A stretch of DNA of 62,196 nucleotides from Candidatus Saccharibacteria bacterium UBA6209. Its GTDB lineage: Bacteria > Patescibacteriota > Saccharimonadia > Saccharimonadales > Saccharimonadaceae. The translations under genes were made by a program, and so were the position numbers. The notes below the pieces were generated by a model. The model ran no database searches, was not told where the DNA came from, and was given only the letters and a program-made list of their open reading frames with translations. Of the stretch, positions 21,603 through 29,802 are shown piece by piece (positions within the stretch are counted from its first letter, which is position 1; the number at the start of each line of letters is the position of its first letter). The stretch spans positions 1 through 62,196 of the forward strand of contig CAJPKE010000001.1 in assembly GCA_905370345.1 (NCBI GenBank), in the 5' to 3' direction.

Positions 21603-21989
21603 ATGTCGTTTATTACCGATGAAGTCAAGGCAAAGAGGGCTGCCGACATCAATGATAGGAGGAAAATACTGGAGACACTCAGGAGAAATGAAGTCTCCCG
21701 TTTCCTCGAAGAGGGAATCCCCACACTGTGCGAGGAAGCCAGGAAAGCTGCAATCAATGAATACCTTATGAAAGGCAAGCTTCCAGACGAGATCCGTATC
21801 TATGATCATGACCGTCGAATCACCTCAGCAGTCGCAAACAACCCCGAGTGTCGTAAGGCACTCCTTAAGAAGCTCCAGAGCCTCGAAGAGAAGGTTCGTG
21901 ACGTTGAATTCAGATACACAGAATCCAACCCGTGGGTAATTACTCCCGATCCTTGCGTTGTCGTCTACTTCTCCAACAACCAGGAGTAG
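21603..21989 (+). CDS. Orphan soluble protein (cassette A)
   Basis: 128-aa ORF with own promoter and SD; no family recognised. Confidence 0.75.
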   Translation: MSFITDEVKAKRAADINDRRKILETLRRNEVSRFLEEGIPTLCEEARKAAINEYLMKGKLPDEIRIYDHDRRITSAVANNPECRKALLKKLQSLEEKVRDVEFRYTESNPWVITPDPCVVVYFSNNQE

Positions 21990-22052
21990 CAGGCAATAAC
22001 CTCGCAAACATGGCGAGTCTGTAGACTCTCCGTCAGATTCTCTCACTTGTCG

Positions 22053-22109
22053 TGTTTGCTCCATAGATGTGTATCTATGCCGATGAGTCGAAAACGACGA
22101 AAGCGAACA
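22053..22109 (+). ncRNA. Type III hammerhead ribozyme (U4C core variant)
   Basis: TGTTTGC-T-C^-CATAGA-TGTGTA-TCTATG-CCGATGA-GTCG-AAAA-CGAC-GAAA-GCGAACA: stems I, II and III all pair; core matches consensus except position 4. Confidence 0.82.
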
Positions 22110-22111
22110 AT

Positions 22112-23101
22112 TTATTCCAACACCACACATTCCTCGACTACAGGCGGATTTCCATCAACAGAAATTGCCAGCATTTGCATATCACAGCTTTCATACTGCG
22201 CATTTTTGGCAATGAACATCTCTACAGAAAAACGCATTTGCTGCTGTTTTTTATTTGTAATTGCCGCCAAGCCATCGCCGAAATTGTCATTTTTACGATA
22301 TTTGACCTCTGTAAAATATAGAACATTATCTTTTTTACTAACAATATCAATTTCGCAATACCGTGTTCGCCAATTCCGTTCTATAATCTCATGACCATCA
22401 GCGACCAACCAATCCGCCGCCGCTTGCTCACCCTTATCGCCAATTTGACGCATCGTGTCTTTTTGCTGGTTTTTAGACCTTCCATCATCAAGCGCATTCT
22501 GCGAGTTCACCTCAACATTAGCATATTTAGTCAACGGCGCAAAACTCAGCCGATGTAGCGGAGTTACACCCAGATTATCAATAGCCGCTCGGTGCTTCGC
22601 CACACCATAACCAACGTGCGAAGAAAAATCATATCCCGGATAAATATTATCCTGCTTCGCCATAAATTTATCACGAGCCACCTTAGCAATAATCGACGCC
22701 GCCGAAACGCTCGGAATCAGACCGTCGGCTTTCGCTATAATTGTTACATACTTTTCTAGCGGTGTACCCGCCAAAAAATTGACCGTCCCATCGATAATAA
22801 TCTCATCAAACGTCAAGCCGCTTTTCTGGCATTTCGCTTGAATTTCTTTGACTGCGCGCCGCGTTGCCAGCTTAAGTGCCTCGCTCATCCCTATTTCATC
22901 CAGCTCCTCAGCAGGAACCCAGCCCAACGCCCAAGCCGACGCTTGCTCGCGAATCTTCTCATTGAGCAATTCACGGCGTTTTTTAGTCAATTTTTTACTA
23001 TCATCAAGCCCTTCAATTTCAGCGCCGCCCAAAACCACCGCGCCAATCACCAACGGCCCCGCCCACGCGCCGCGCCCAACTTCATCAATCCCCAGAATCA
23101 C
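22112..23101 (-). CDS. rnhB: Ribonuclease HII fused to a YraN (UPF0102) domain
   Basis: GIDEVGRG, DSKKL, SVSAASIIAKVARD, HRLSF; C-terminal GDKGEQAA...NWR...EIDIV...EVKYR. Confidence 0.9.
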   Translation of the reverse strand: MILGIDEVGRGAWAGPLVIGAVVLGGAEIEGLDDSKKLTKKRRELLNEKIREQASAWALGWVPAEELDEIGMSEALKLATRRAVKEIQAKCQKSGLTFDEIIIDGTVNFLAGTPLEKYVTIIAKADGLIPSVSAASIIAKVARDKFMAKQDNIYPGYDFSSHVGYGVAKHRAAIDNLGVTPLHRLSFAPLTKYANVEVNSQNALDDGRSKNQQKDTMRQIGDKGEQAAADWLVADGHEIIERNWRTRYCEIDIVSKKDNVLYFTEVKYRKNDNFGDGLAAITNKKQQQMRFSVEMFIAKNAQYESCDMQMLAISVDGNPPVVEECVVLE

Positions 23102-23582
23102 CCGACAATCTTCCCTTTTTCGTCATAAAATTCGCAATAATCCAGCCAATCCAAACTGTTGCCGCGCCTAATGTATTCGCCAAAATATCCCAATTCGTGT
23201 CGTCCAATTTTATGCTCGCCAAGCCTACCTTGACCATAAATAATTCCGCCAATTCATTAATGCAGCCCAGCGCCGAAACTAAAGCGAAAATCGAAAATGC
23301 CATAATCAGCCAATACGCCCGCCATTTCATCGACGAAACCAAATACACCCAGAACAGCCCCGTGAATAGCCCACCGCCCACAAAGTGCGTCGTAAAACTA
23401 GTGTCCTGTCCGTCAATTAACGGCGATGGCAAATACCAAGATATGAAAAACAACAAACATGCTACGTAAAGTAGCCAGCGATATTTTTGCTCCCTATCAA
23501 AGCCGTTTTTCTTCAAAACATAAGGAGCCGTCACAGCCAAAGTCGTCGGAACAAGGACGGATATATAATGAAATATTGCCAT
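23085..23582 (-). CDS. Hypothetical multi-pass membrane protein
   Basis: About five hydrophobic segments; HF.GGG, NE..E and D..WD..AN motifs; leaderless TATAAT-6-ATG. Confidence 0.7.
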   Translation of the reverse strand: MAIFHYISVLVPTTLAVTAPYVLKKNGFDREQKYRWLLYVACLLFFISWYLPSPLIDGQDTSFTTHFVGGGLFTGLFWVYLVSSMKWRAYWLIMAFSIFALVSALGCINELAELFMVKVGLASIKLDDTNWDILANTLGAATVWIGWIIANFMTKKGRLSGDSGD

Positions 23583-23601
23583 ATTGAGATTATAACATGA
23601 G

Positions 23602-23631
23602 AAAACCGCCTCAGATTAAGAGACGGTTTTT
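23602..23631 (-). terminator. rplS terminator
   Basis: AAAACCGCCTC/GAGACGGTTTT inverted repeat after the rplS stop. Confidence 0.7.
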
Positions 23632-23651
23632 AATGATTAACCAATTGACAA

Positions 23652-24173
23652 TTACGCGTCTTTGTGGCGAGCTGCAACTTCAGCAGCCTTAGCGTCAAGT
23701 TCAGCCTGAGCAGCATCTTTTTCAGCTTGTTTTGCAGCAGCAGCCTGAGCAGCTTCTTCCTTCAAGCGTTCAGCTTCCGCCTCTGCCTTAACATCATGAA
23801 TGTCATTAACAGCAGCGCGATCGAAATTCTTAGCCGTCAAGCGAGCTGACTTACCGCTACGCTGACGAAGGAAGCTTAAGAACTTGCGGCGAACCTTAGC
23901 ACGACGAACAATCTCGATCTTCTCAATCAATGGACTGTGCATCAAAAATGACTTTTCAACGCCAACACCTGAAGCAATCTTTCGAACCGTAATACGTGAT
24001 GTGTGCGACTTTTTATTATCGGTGCGGATAACAACGCCCTCGAACATCTGAATACGCTCTTTGTTGCCTTCCTTAATTTTCTGGTAAACGCGAACTGTGT
24101 CACCACTGCGAGCATCGACAACTGCTTGCTTTTTTTGTGCTTGGTTGATTTTGTTGATTAACTCAAAACTCAT
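23652..24173 (-). CDS. rplS: 50S ribosomal protein L19 with Ala/Glu/Lys-rich C-terminal extension
   Basis: GDTVRV...IKEGNKERIQMFEGVVI, TVRKIASGVGVEK. Confidence 0.96.
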   Translation of the reverse strand: MSFELINKINQAQKKQAVVDARSGDTVRVYQKIKEGNKERIQMFEGVVIRTDNKKSHTSRITVRKIASGVGVEKSFLMHSPLIEKIEIVRRAKVRRKFLSFLRQRSGKSARLTAKNFDRAAVNDIHDVKAEAEAERLKEEAAQAAAAKQAEKDAAQAELDAKAAEVAARHKDA

Positions 24174-24308
24174 AATTTTTCCTATCTTCCGAACTCGCTT
24201 CGACTGGCCACGCAGTTGTACCTCTGCGGCTCCACATCAAACAAAGCTCGAATATTTAACTCTCGTACAATTACATAAGATAATAACACAAATCTGAAGA
24301 AATATCAA
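24174..24308 (-). promoter_or_regulatory. rplS promoter and structured leader
   Basis: TTGATA-17-TATTAT (24308-24280); long imperfect hairpin 24190-24250 just upstream of the RBS. Confidence 0.6.
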
Positions 24309-24336
24309 TTAAATAAAATTGGAGTATAATATAGTT

Positions 24337-25470
24337 ATGGATTACAATAAATTAGCACTCGAACTACACGAAAAATACAAAGGTAAAATTACGACTAGCC
24401 TTAGAGATAAAGAGGAGCTTAATCGCGACAAACTTAGCGCTTATTACAGCCCTGGCGTCGGCGCAGTTAGCCAAGCAATTGCCGAAAATCCAGCTGATTT
24501 GCCAAAATACACTTGGACAAACAATCTAGTTGCTGTAATCTCAGACGGCTCAGCAATTTTGGGCTTAGGTAATTTGGGACCAAAAGCCGCCATGCCAGTC
24601 ATGGAGGGAAAAGCTTTGCTATTTAAGCATTTTGCCGATGTCGACGCCGTGCCAATTGTGTTAGACGTTCACGAGCCAGAAGAAATTATTGCCACCGTTA
24701 AAGCCATCGCGCCAAGTTTCGGAGCCATCAACCTCGAAGACATTGCCGCACCAAAATGCTTTGAAATTGAAGAGCGATTGAAGGCAGAATTAGATATTCC
24801 AGTCTTCCACGACGACCAACACGGCACGGCTGTCGTTGTATTAGCAGGCTTAATTAACGCCGCTAAATTGACAGGACGAAACCTGGCAGATTGCAAATTC
24901 GTGGTCATCGGCGCAGGCGCAGCTGGCACGGCAATCATCAAATTGTTAAATCTTTACGGAGCAAAAAACATCGTAGCGGTGGATAGTCGAGGAATTGTCG
25001 GAAAATCACGCACAGATTTGAACGCTGAAAAAACCGCACTATTGGAATACGTCGATGCATCGCAATCTGGCTCAATTGAAGACGCCATCACCGACGCAGA
25101 CGTATTCATCGGCGTATCGCGCGCAGGACTTCTCACTCCAGAATTAGTCCAAAAAATGGCGAAAGATCCAATCGTATTCGCACTAGCAAATCCTGTTCCA
25201 GAAATTATGCCAGATATCGCCAAACAATCCGGCGTCGCAATCATCGGTACAGGTCGTAGCGACTTTCCAAACCAAGTCAACAACTCTCTGGCCTTCCCTG
25301 GAATTTTCCGCGGCGCATTAGATCACGGAGTTAAGAAAATTACCGATCAGCACAAATTGGCGGCTGCTGAAGCACTAGCCAACCTGGTCGAAAATCCAAC
25401 CGTTGATAAAGTCGTCCCAACTGCATTTGATAAGGGTGTGGTTGAAGCTATTGCGAATGTCATTAGATAA
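24337..25470 (+). CDS. NAD(P)-dependent malic enzyme
   Basis: YSPGV, ISDGSAILGLG, MEGKALLFK, NLEDI, FHDDQHGTA, GAGAAG; start set at the leaderless ATG 24337. Confidence 0.93.
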   Translation: MDYNKLALELHEKYKGKITTSLRDKEELNRDKLSAYYSPGVGAVSQAIAENPADLPKYTWTNNLVAVISDGSAILGLGNLGPKAAMPVMEGKALLFKHFADVDAVPIVLDVHEPEEIIATVKAIAPSFGAINLEDIAAPKCFEIEERLKAELDIPVFHDDQHGTAVVVLAGLINAAKLTGRNLADCKFVVIGAGAAGTAIIKLLNLYGAKNIVAVDSRGIVGKSRTDLNAEKTALLEYVDASQSGSIEDAITDADVFIGVSRAGLLTPELVQKMAKDPIVFALANPVPEIMPDIAKQSGVAIIGTGRSDFPNQVNNSLAFPGIFRGALDHGVKKITDQHKLAAAEALANLVENPTVDKVVPTAFDKGVVEAIANVIR

Positions 25471-25472
25471 GC

Positions 25473-27044
25473 CTAAGCACCAGCACCGTACTTAGCCGCA
25501 TCACGAGAATCTCCATCTATAAACAGAGCCACTAACGACTCCTGATTTTGTTTGTCGCAAGCCCCCAAAAATAACACCATTTCAGTCACTCCAGCTTTCT
25601 GAAGAGATTTTTTAGTCTCACTTTCATCGGGTATATCTTCAATGCTGACTTTTGACACATAAACCCTCTTGGCGTTATGTGTCTGTTCTTTCCAGGCGTA
25701 AATTATAAACGGATAAAGCTCTTTTAATCTATTATTTAAGCCAATTGGCAAACCAACAGACTTATCTTCTGAAGTTGCTACACATTTAGCAGTCATAGTT
25801 AATTTGTCCTTAATAATAGGCAGAATGTCCCGCTTCTTCTCGTCGTTTTCGTATCCAGTCATTTTATGCTCGACCTTTTTAGCCTCTTCAGTGCGCGCGT
25901 CAATTACTGCGACCACAGTACCGTCACCACCACGCTCAACATGCAGTACATTCACAATAGAATCTTCTTTAAGCCACGGAAACGTCTCGCTATCAAGCGT
26001 CACAGCATCTCCCGCCTTCAATCCAATTTCTACCAACTGAGAGCTGCCTTCTTCGATTGTCGGCTTCGATTTGTTTAATCTTTTTCTCTTAGCAACTTTT
26101 TTCAAAGACCCGCTCGCAATTTCACCCGCCGCTTCGTAAGTTGTGAATTTTTCAGAAAGAACCCTCAGCTCCCCCTCTAAAATTGACTTCATTTTTTCTT
26201 CCACCACGGTTTTGGCAAGAGTTCGCACATTCGGACAATTTTCCTCAAATACAATTTCCGTATATTCACGAGCTAACAACTCCTCATCCAGATCTCTCAT
26301 CCCGTCTGCACAGTCGAGTATGGTTTTAGTCCACGCCATGTCTCTTTCATAATTAAAGAAGGCTTCAATGCGCTCCATACGTGCACCACTTTCATTCCCA
26401 GACATCGCCTCAAGCTCATCGGCTTTAAGCATTGAAAAATCTGTCAATAGCTCGACCAAGTGATGTGTCTTTTCGCGAGCTGGATCGTATTCAGGTCGAC
26501 TTACTCCAAATTCTATAGGAGGAAAAGTGCTGTCTTTTCTATAAATCCCATCAATCACAGACCTCTTAGTTTCTAGTGTGAGTTGCATATATTCAGAGTC
26601 GGCAACATCTGGGCTGAGATTATTATTCCTCTGAAATTTCTTTACTTTAGGAATTTTACACCCCTCAAGATTGCAGTATTTCGGAACATTAACTTCCGCT
26701 ATATTATCAGGAAAAATCTTATCTAACGATGATATAAAAGCATCTAGTGAGGCTTTATACTCCTTATTAAATTCCTCTTTCAATCGAGAACTCACTTCGT
26801 CAAAATCATAGCGGATATCCAAATATTCAGGAGACTGTCCGTATATATCCTTAGCCTGCTTAAGACTATCAATTACAGGCTTATATTTCCCAACCAAGTC
26901 ATTAAATATGGATGAATCTTTGGACACATCTTCATATATATATTCAAGAAATTTGATGGCAGTACTAAAAATTTCACAGACAGAGTCTTTCTCAGACTCT
27001 GAAGATTCGCTATCGTAACAAGAGTGTTCCGGAATTTCGCTCAT
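25473..27044 (-). CDS. Large acidic hypothetical protein, possible C-terminal RelE/HigB-like domain
   Basis: 523-aa ORF; tail KRVYV...MVLFLGACDKQNQ. Confidence 0.6.
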   Translation of the reverse strand: MSEIPEHSCYDSESSESEKDSVCEIFSTAIKFLEYIYEDVSKDSSIFNDLVGKYKPVIDSLKQAKDIYGQSPEYLDIRYDFDEVSSRLKEEFNKEYKASLDAFISSLDKIFPDNIAEVNVPKYCNLEGCKIPKVKKFQRNNNLSPDVADSEYMQLTLETKRSVIDGIYRKDSTFPPIEFGVSRPEYDPAREKTHHLVELLTDFSMLKADELEAMSGNESGARMERIEAFFNYERDMAWTKTILDCADGMRDLDEELLAREYTEIVFEENCPNVRTLAKTVVEEKMKSILEGELRVLSEKFTTYEAAGEIASGSLKKVAKRKRLNKSKPTIEEGSSQLVEIGLKAGDAVTLDSETFPWLKEDSIVNVLHVERGGDGTVVAVIDARTEEAKKVEHKMTGYENDEKKRDILPIIKDKLTMTAKCVATSEDKSVGLPIGLNNRLKELYPFIIYAWKEQTHNAKRVYVSKVSIEDIPDESETKKSLQKAGVTEMVLFLGACDKQNQESLVALFIDGDSRDAAKYGAGA

Positions 27045-27081
27045 AAACTGATATTTTATCAGTTTATAGCTATAAAGTCAA

Positions 27082-28704
27082 TTATATTACTCTATTAACT
27101 TCTTCTAGTGTTGTTTCGCCACGAAGAGCTGCCAACACGCCAGCCTGAAGTAACGTCACCATGCCATCTTCTTTTGCAGCCTTTTCAATCGCTTCCGTAT
27201 GAACATCCTCAACATCGCCACGCAAAAATTTCTGAATATTCTCGCTCACGACCAGTTGCTCCATTACTGGAATTCGCCCCTTATAACCGAACGGCACGTC
27301 GTCTGTCGGCACCGCACGCCAAAGCTTAAACGTATCCAAATCTGGGCAATCAACATTCTCTGGCAAATCCTTCAAGACTTCTTTTACCCACTTGCGAGTC
27401 GCCTCATCTGGCTCATACTCTTCCTTGCTATCATCCCACAATCTCCTCACTAGTCGCTGAGCAATCACCAGCCGAACCGCCGAGCTAAAAATCGGGTTTT
27501 GCCCAATCATATCGATCATACGACTAAACGCCGCCGCAGTCGAATTGGCGTGAAAGCTAGACAGCACCAAGTGTCCCGTAATTGACGCCTGAATCGCAGT
27601 CTTCGCAGTTTCATTGTCGCGAATCTCACCGACCATCACCACGTCTGGGTCAAGACGCAAAACACTGCGCAAACCGTCAGCAAACCTCTGTCCGTTTGTC
27701 GTATCAATTGGAATCTGAGCAATCCCAGGAATCGTATTTTCTACAGGATCTTCCAGCGTGATAATCTTTCGATCCTGAGTATTAAGAGCGTTCAAAATAC
27801 TATATAACGTCGTGGATTTTCCTGAACCAGTCGGACCAACCATCAACAACATCCCGCGCGGATGAGAAATGACTTCATCGATTTGCTCGCGCTCTTTCTT
27901 CGAAATACTCAATAGATCCAAGTTCAACATTGACTCATCGAAATTGAACAATCGAAGCACCAAGTCTAAACCGTACACCGTCATCACGGCTTCCACGCGC
28001 AAATTCAGCACATGCGATGCACCATCTCTATGAATTTCCTGCTGCATATGTCCAGACTGAGGCTCCCTGGAAGCGGTAGAAATATTCGCGCGCGATGCCA
28101 AAGTCGCCATAATCACTCGATATCTATCCCTGCTAAGCTCCGCTACCGTATGCAAAGCTCCGTCAACACGCATCCGAATTCGAATCGACTCACGCTGGTT
28201 CTCAATGTGAATATCCGACGCACCCAACAAATCCGCTTGGTCAATCAAATAATTAAACACGTCATTTGTGCCGACGGATGCCAAAGTCTGAGTAACCTGC
28301 GCCAGAGTATCGCTATCACCTTCCTTGGCAATTTCGATGTTATCGTAAATTACTTTTTTTGGCGGATCAAACCTGAGCATAATTGACCGAAACGCCGAAC
28401 CAGAAATTAAGAAGAAGAAGATTCGCTTGCCGTTTTCAACATACTGATCTCGCATCCGCTTCATCAACGATTCAGAAGTTTGCGACGTAACACCAAATCG
28501 ATAAGACTGATCCTCCTCGTTAAAAGCCAGTGGAACCAGCCGACCCTTATACATCTCCTCTATAGTTAAAACATCCTTAAGCAAGGGTAAAGTCTCTTCA
28601 AATTCCCGCCCATCAAGATATTGAAGTCCTAAAATTGACGCTCGACGACGAGTAGCTTCCTCATCTTGCTCACGGCGTCGCGCCTGAATTTTGTCTTCGT
28701 CCAT
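27082..28704 (-). CDS. Type IV pilus / T2SS assembly ATPase (PilB/GspE family)
   Basis: ASDIHIE, GPTGSGKSTTLY, TLEDPVE, LRLDPDVVMVGEIRD, TGHLV. Confidence 0.92.
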   Translation of the reverse strand: MDEDKIQARRREQDEEATRRRASILGLQYLDGREFEETLPLLKDVLTIEEMYKGRLVPLAFNEEDQSYRFGVTSQTSESLMKRMRDQYVENGKRIFFFLISGSAFRSIMLRFDPPKKVIYDNIEIAKEGDSDTLAQVTQTLASVGTNDVFNYLIDQADLLGASDIHIENQRESIRIRMRVDGALHTVAELSRDRYRVIMATLASRANISTASREPQSGHMQQEIHRDGASHVLNLRVEAVMTVYGLDLVLRLFNFDESMLNLDLLSISKKEREQIDEVISHPRGMLLMVGPTGSGKSTTLYSILNALNTQDRKIITLEDPVENTIPGIAQIPIDTTNGQRFADGLRSVLRLDPDVVMVGEIRDNETAKTAIQASITGHLVLSSFHANSTAAAFSRMIDMIGQNPIFSSAVRLVIAQRLVRRLWDDSKEEYEPDEATRKWVKEVLKDLPENVDCPDLDTFKLWRAVPTDDVPFGYKGRIPVMEQLVVSENIQKFLRGDVEDVHTEAIEKAAKEDGMVTLLQAGVLAALRGETTLEEVNRVI

Positions 28705-28755
28705 ATGAAAATTATACCAAAAAGCTTACGGTTTTACGAGTGATATAATAGTAAT

Positions 28756-29316
28756 ATGAATCCAGAAATTACTCTGTTAGTTCACAATATTCGCTCAACA
28801 CATAACGTTGGGGCAATTTTTCGCACAGCCGAAGGATTTGGCGTAAAAAAGATTATTCTCAGTGGCTACACGCCGTATCCAGAATTGAGTTTATGTAGCA
28901 AAGCGCCTGCCTGTGCGCTTGTCGATGGAGAAATTCGATCTGAAGATCCTCGCCTGCCGCATATTCGCGAAAAAATCACCAGCCAAATTCATAAAACTGC
29001 TTTGGGTGCGGAAAGTTTGGTACCGTTTGAGTTTTACGAGGATATCAATGATTGGATTAAAGAGAATCAGCAAACAGAAAACTTGCCAATTATCGCGCTG
29101 GAGCAATCAAAAGATAGCGTGATGCTATCAGAATTTCAGCCGCCTGAAAAATTTGCGCTGCTACTCGGAGAAGAAGTTCACGGGATCACGCCAGAACTTT
29201 TGGACAACTGCGATTTCACTGTAGAAATCCCAATGTTCGGCCAAAAAGAATCATTCAACGTGTCGGTCGCAACAGGAATTGCGCTATTTGGACTGATTTT
29301 CCCGAGAATGAAATAA
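28756..29316 (+). CDS. TrmH/SpoU family RNA methyltransferase
   Basis: NIRSTHNVGAIFRTA, GEEVHG, EIPMFGQKESFNVSVA. Confidence 0.9.
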   Translation: MNPEITLLVHNIRSTHNVGAIFRTAEGFGVKKIILSGYTPYPELSLCSKAPACALVDGEIRSEDPRLPHIREKITSQIHKTALGAESLVPFEFYEDINDWIKENQQTENLPIIALEQSKDSVMLSEFQPPEKFALLLGEEVHGITPELLDNCDFTVEIPMFGQKESFNVSVATGIALFGLIFPRMK

Positions 29317-29354
29317 TCTCAACAACACATAAATAAATCCCTCAAGTCTGCTTA

Positions 29355-29445
29355 TTGACTTTATTAACCATATGTGTTATATTTGTATGAGCTTTCTTTG
29401 GAATCCCCCAGAGAAAGTAGTCCCCTACATGAAAGGTTCGAGGAA
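29355..29445 (+). promoter_or_regulatory. Cassette B promoter and leader
   Basis: TTGACT-17-TATATT with TGn; 11-bp 5' hairpin GCTTTCTTTGG/CCAGAGAAAGT 29391-29418; AAAGG..GAGG before ATG. Confidence 0.7.
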
Positions 29446-29739
29446 ATGTTTGACATTTTCTTTATTCTCACAATTCTAGCAACCATGTATGTTGCATGGT
29501 ACGCCTACAGGGCCCCTTCGGGGGTTAGCCACATATGGCACGCGCTAGCCGCCGCGGCTGGCGTGTGGATGACAGTCTTTTTCATCTACTTCATGGTAGC
29601 AGAATCGCCACACCGGCCGATGTACCACACAGTGCTGGTGGCTTTGTTCTACTGCACGACGGCGGCCACTTACACTACCCTACAAGAGAGGGGTAAGACA
29701 GAAGTGAGGAATGAACTGCGGGATAATAAGTCCCGCTGA
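29446..29739 (+). CDS. Orphan small membrane protein, ~3 TM (cassette B)
   Basis: 97 aa from ATG 29446; three hydrophobic segments and a charged tail. Confidence 0.7.
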   Translation: MFDIFFILTILATMYVAWYAYRAPSGVSHIWHALAAAAGVWMTVFFIYFMVAESPHRPMYHTVLVALFYCTTAATYTTLQERGKTEVRNELRDNKSR

Positions 29740-29741
29740 CA

Positions 29742-29802
29742 GATAGTTAGCCCGCCAGAGCAACCAGCTCCGGCTGAGGCCTCTGTCGGCGGGCTAACTA
29801 TC
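29742..29802. terminator. Long hairpin between cassette B and dnaE
   Basis: Perfect 15-bp GATAGTTAGCCCGCC/GGCGGGCTAACTATC with inner stems; no clear U tract. Confidence 0.6.
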
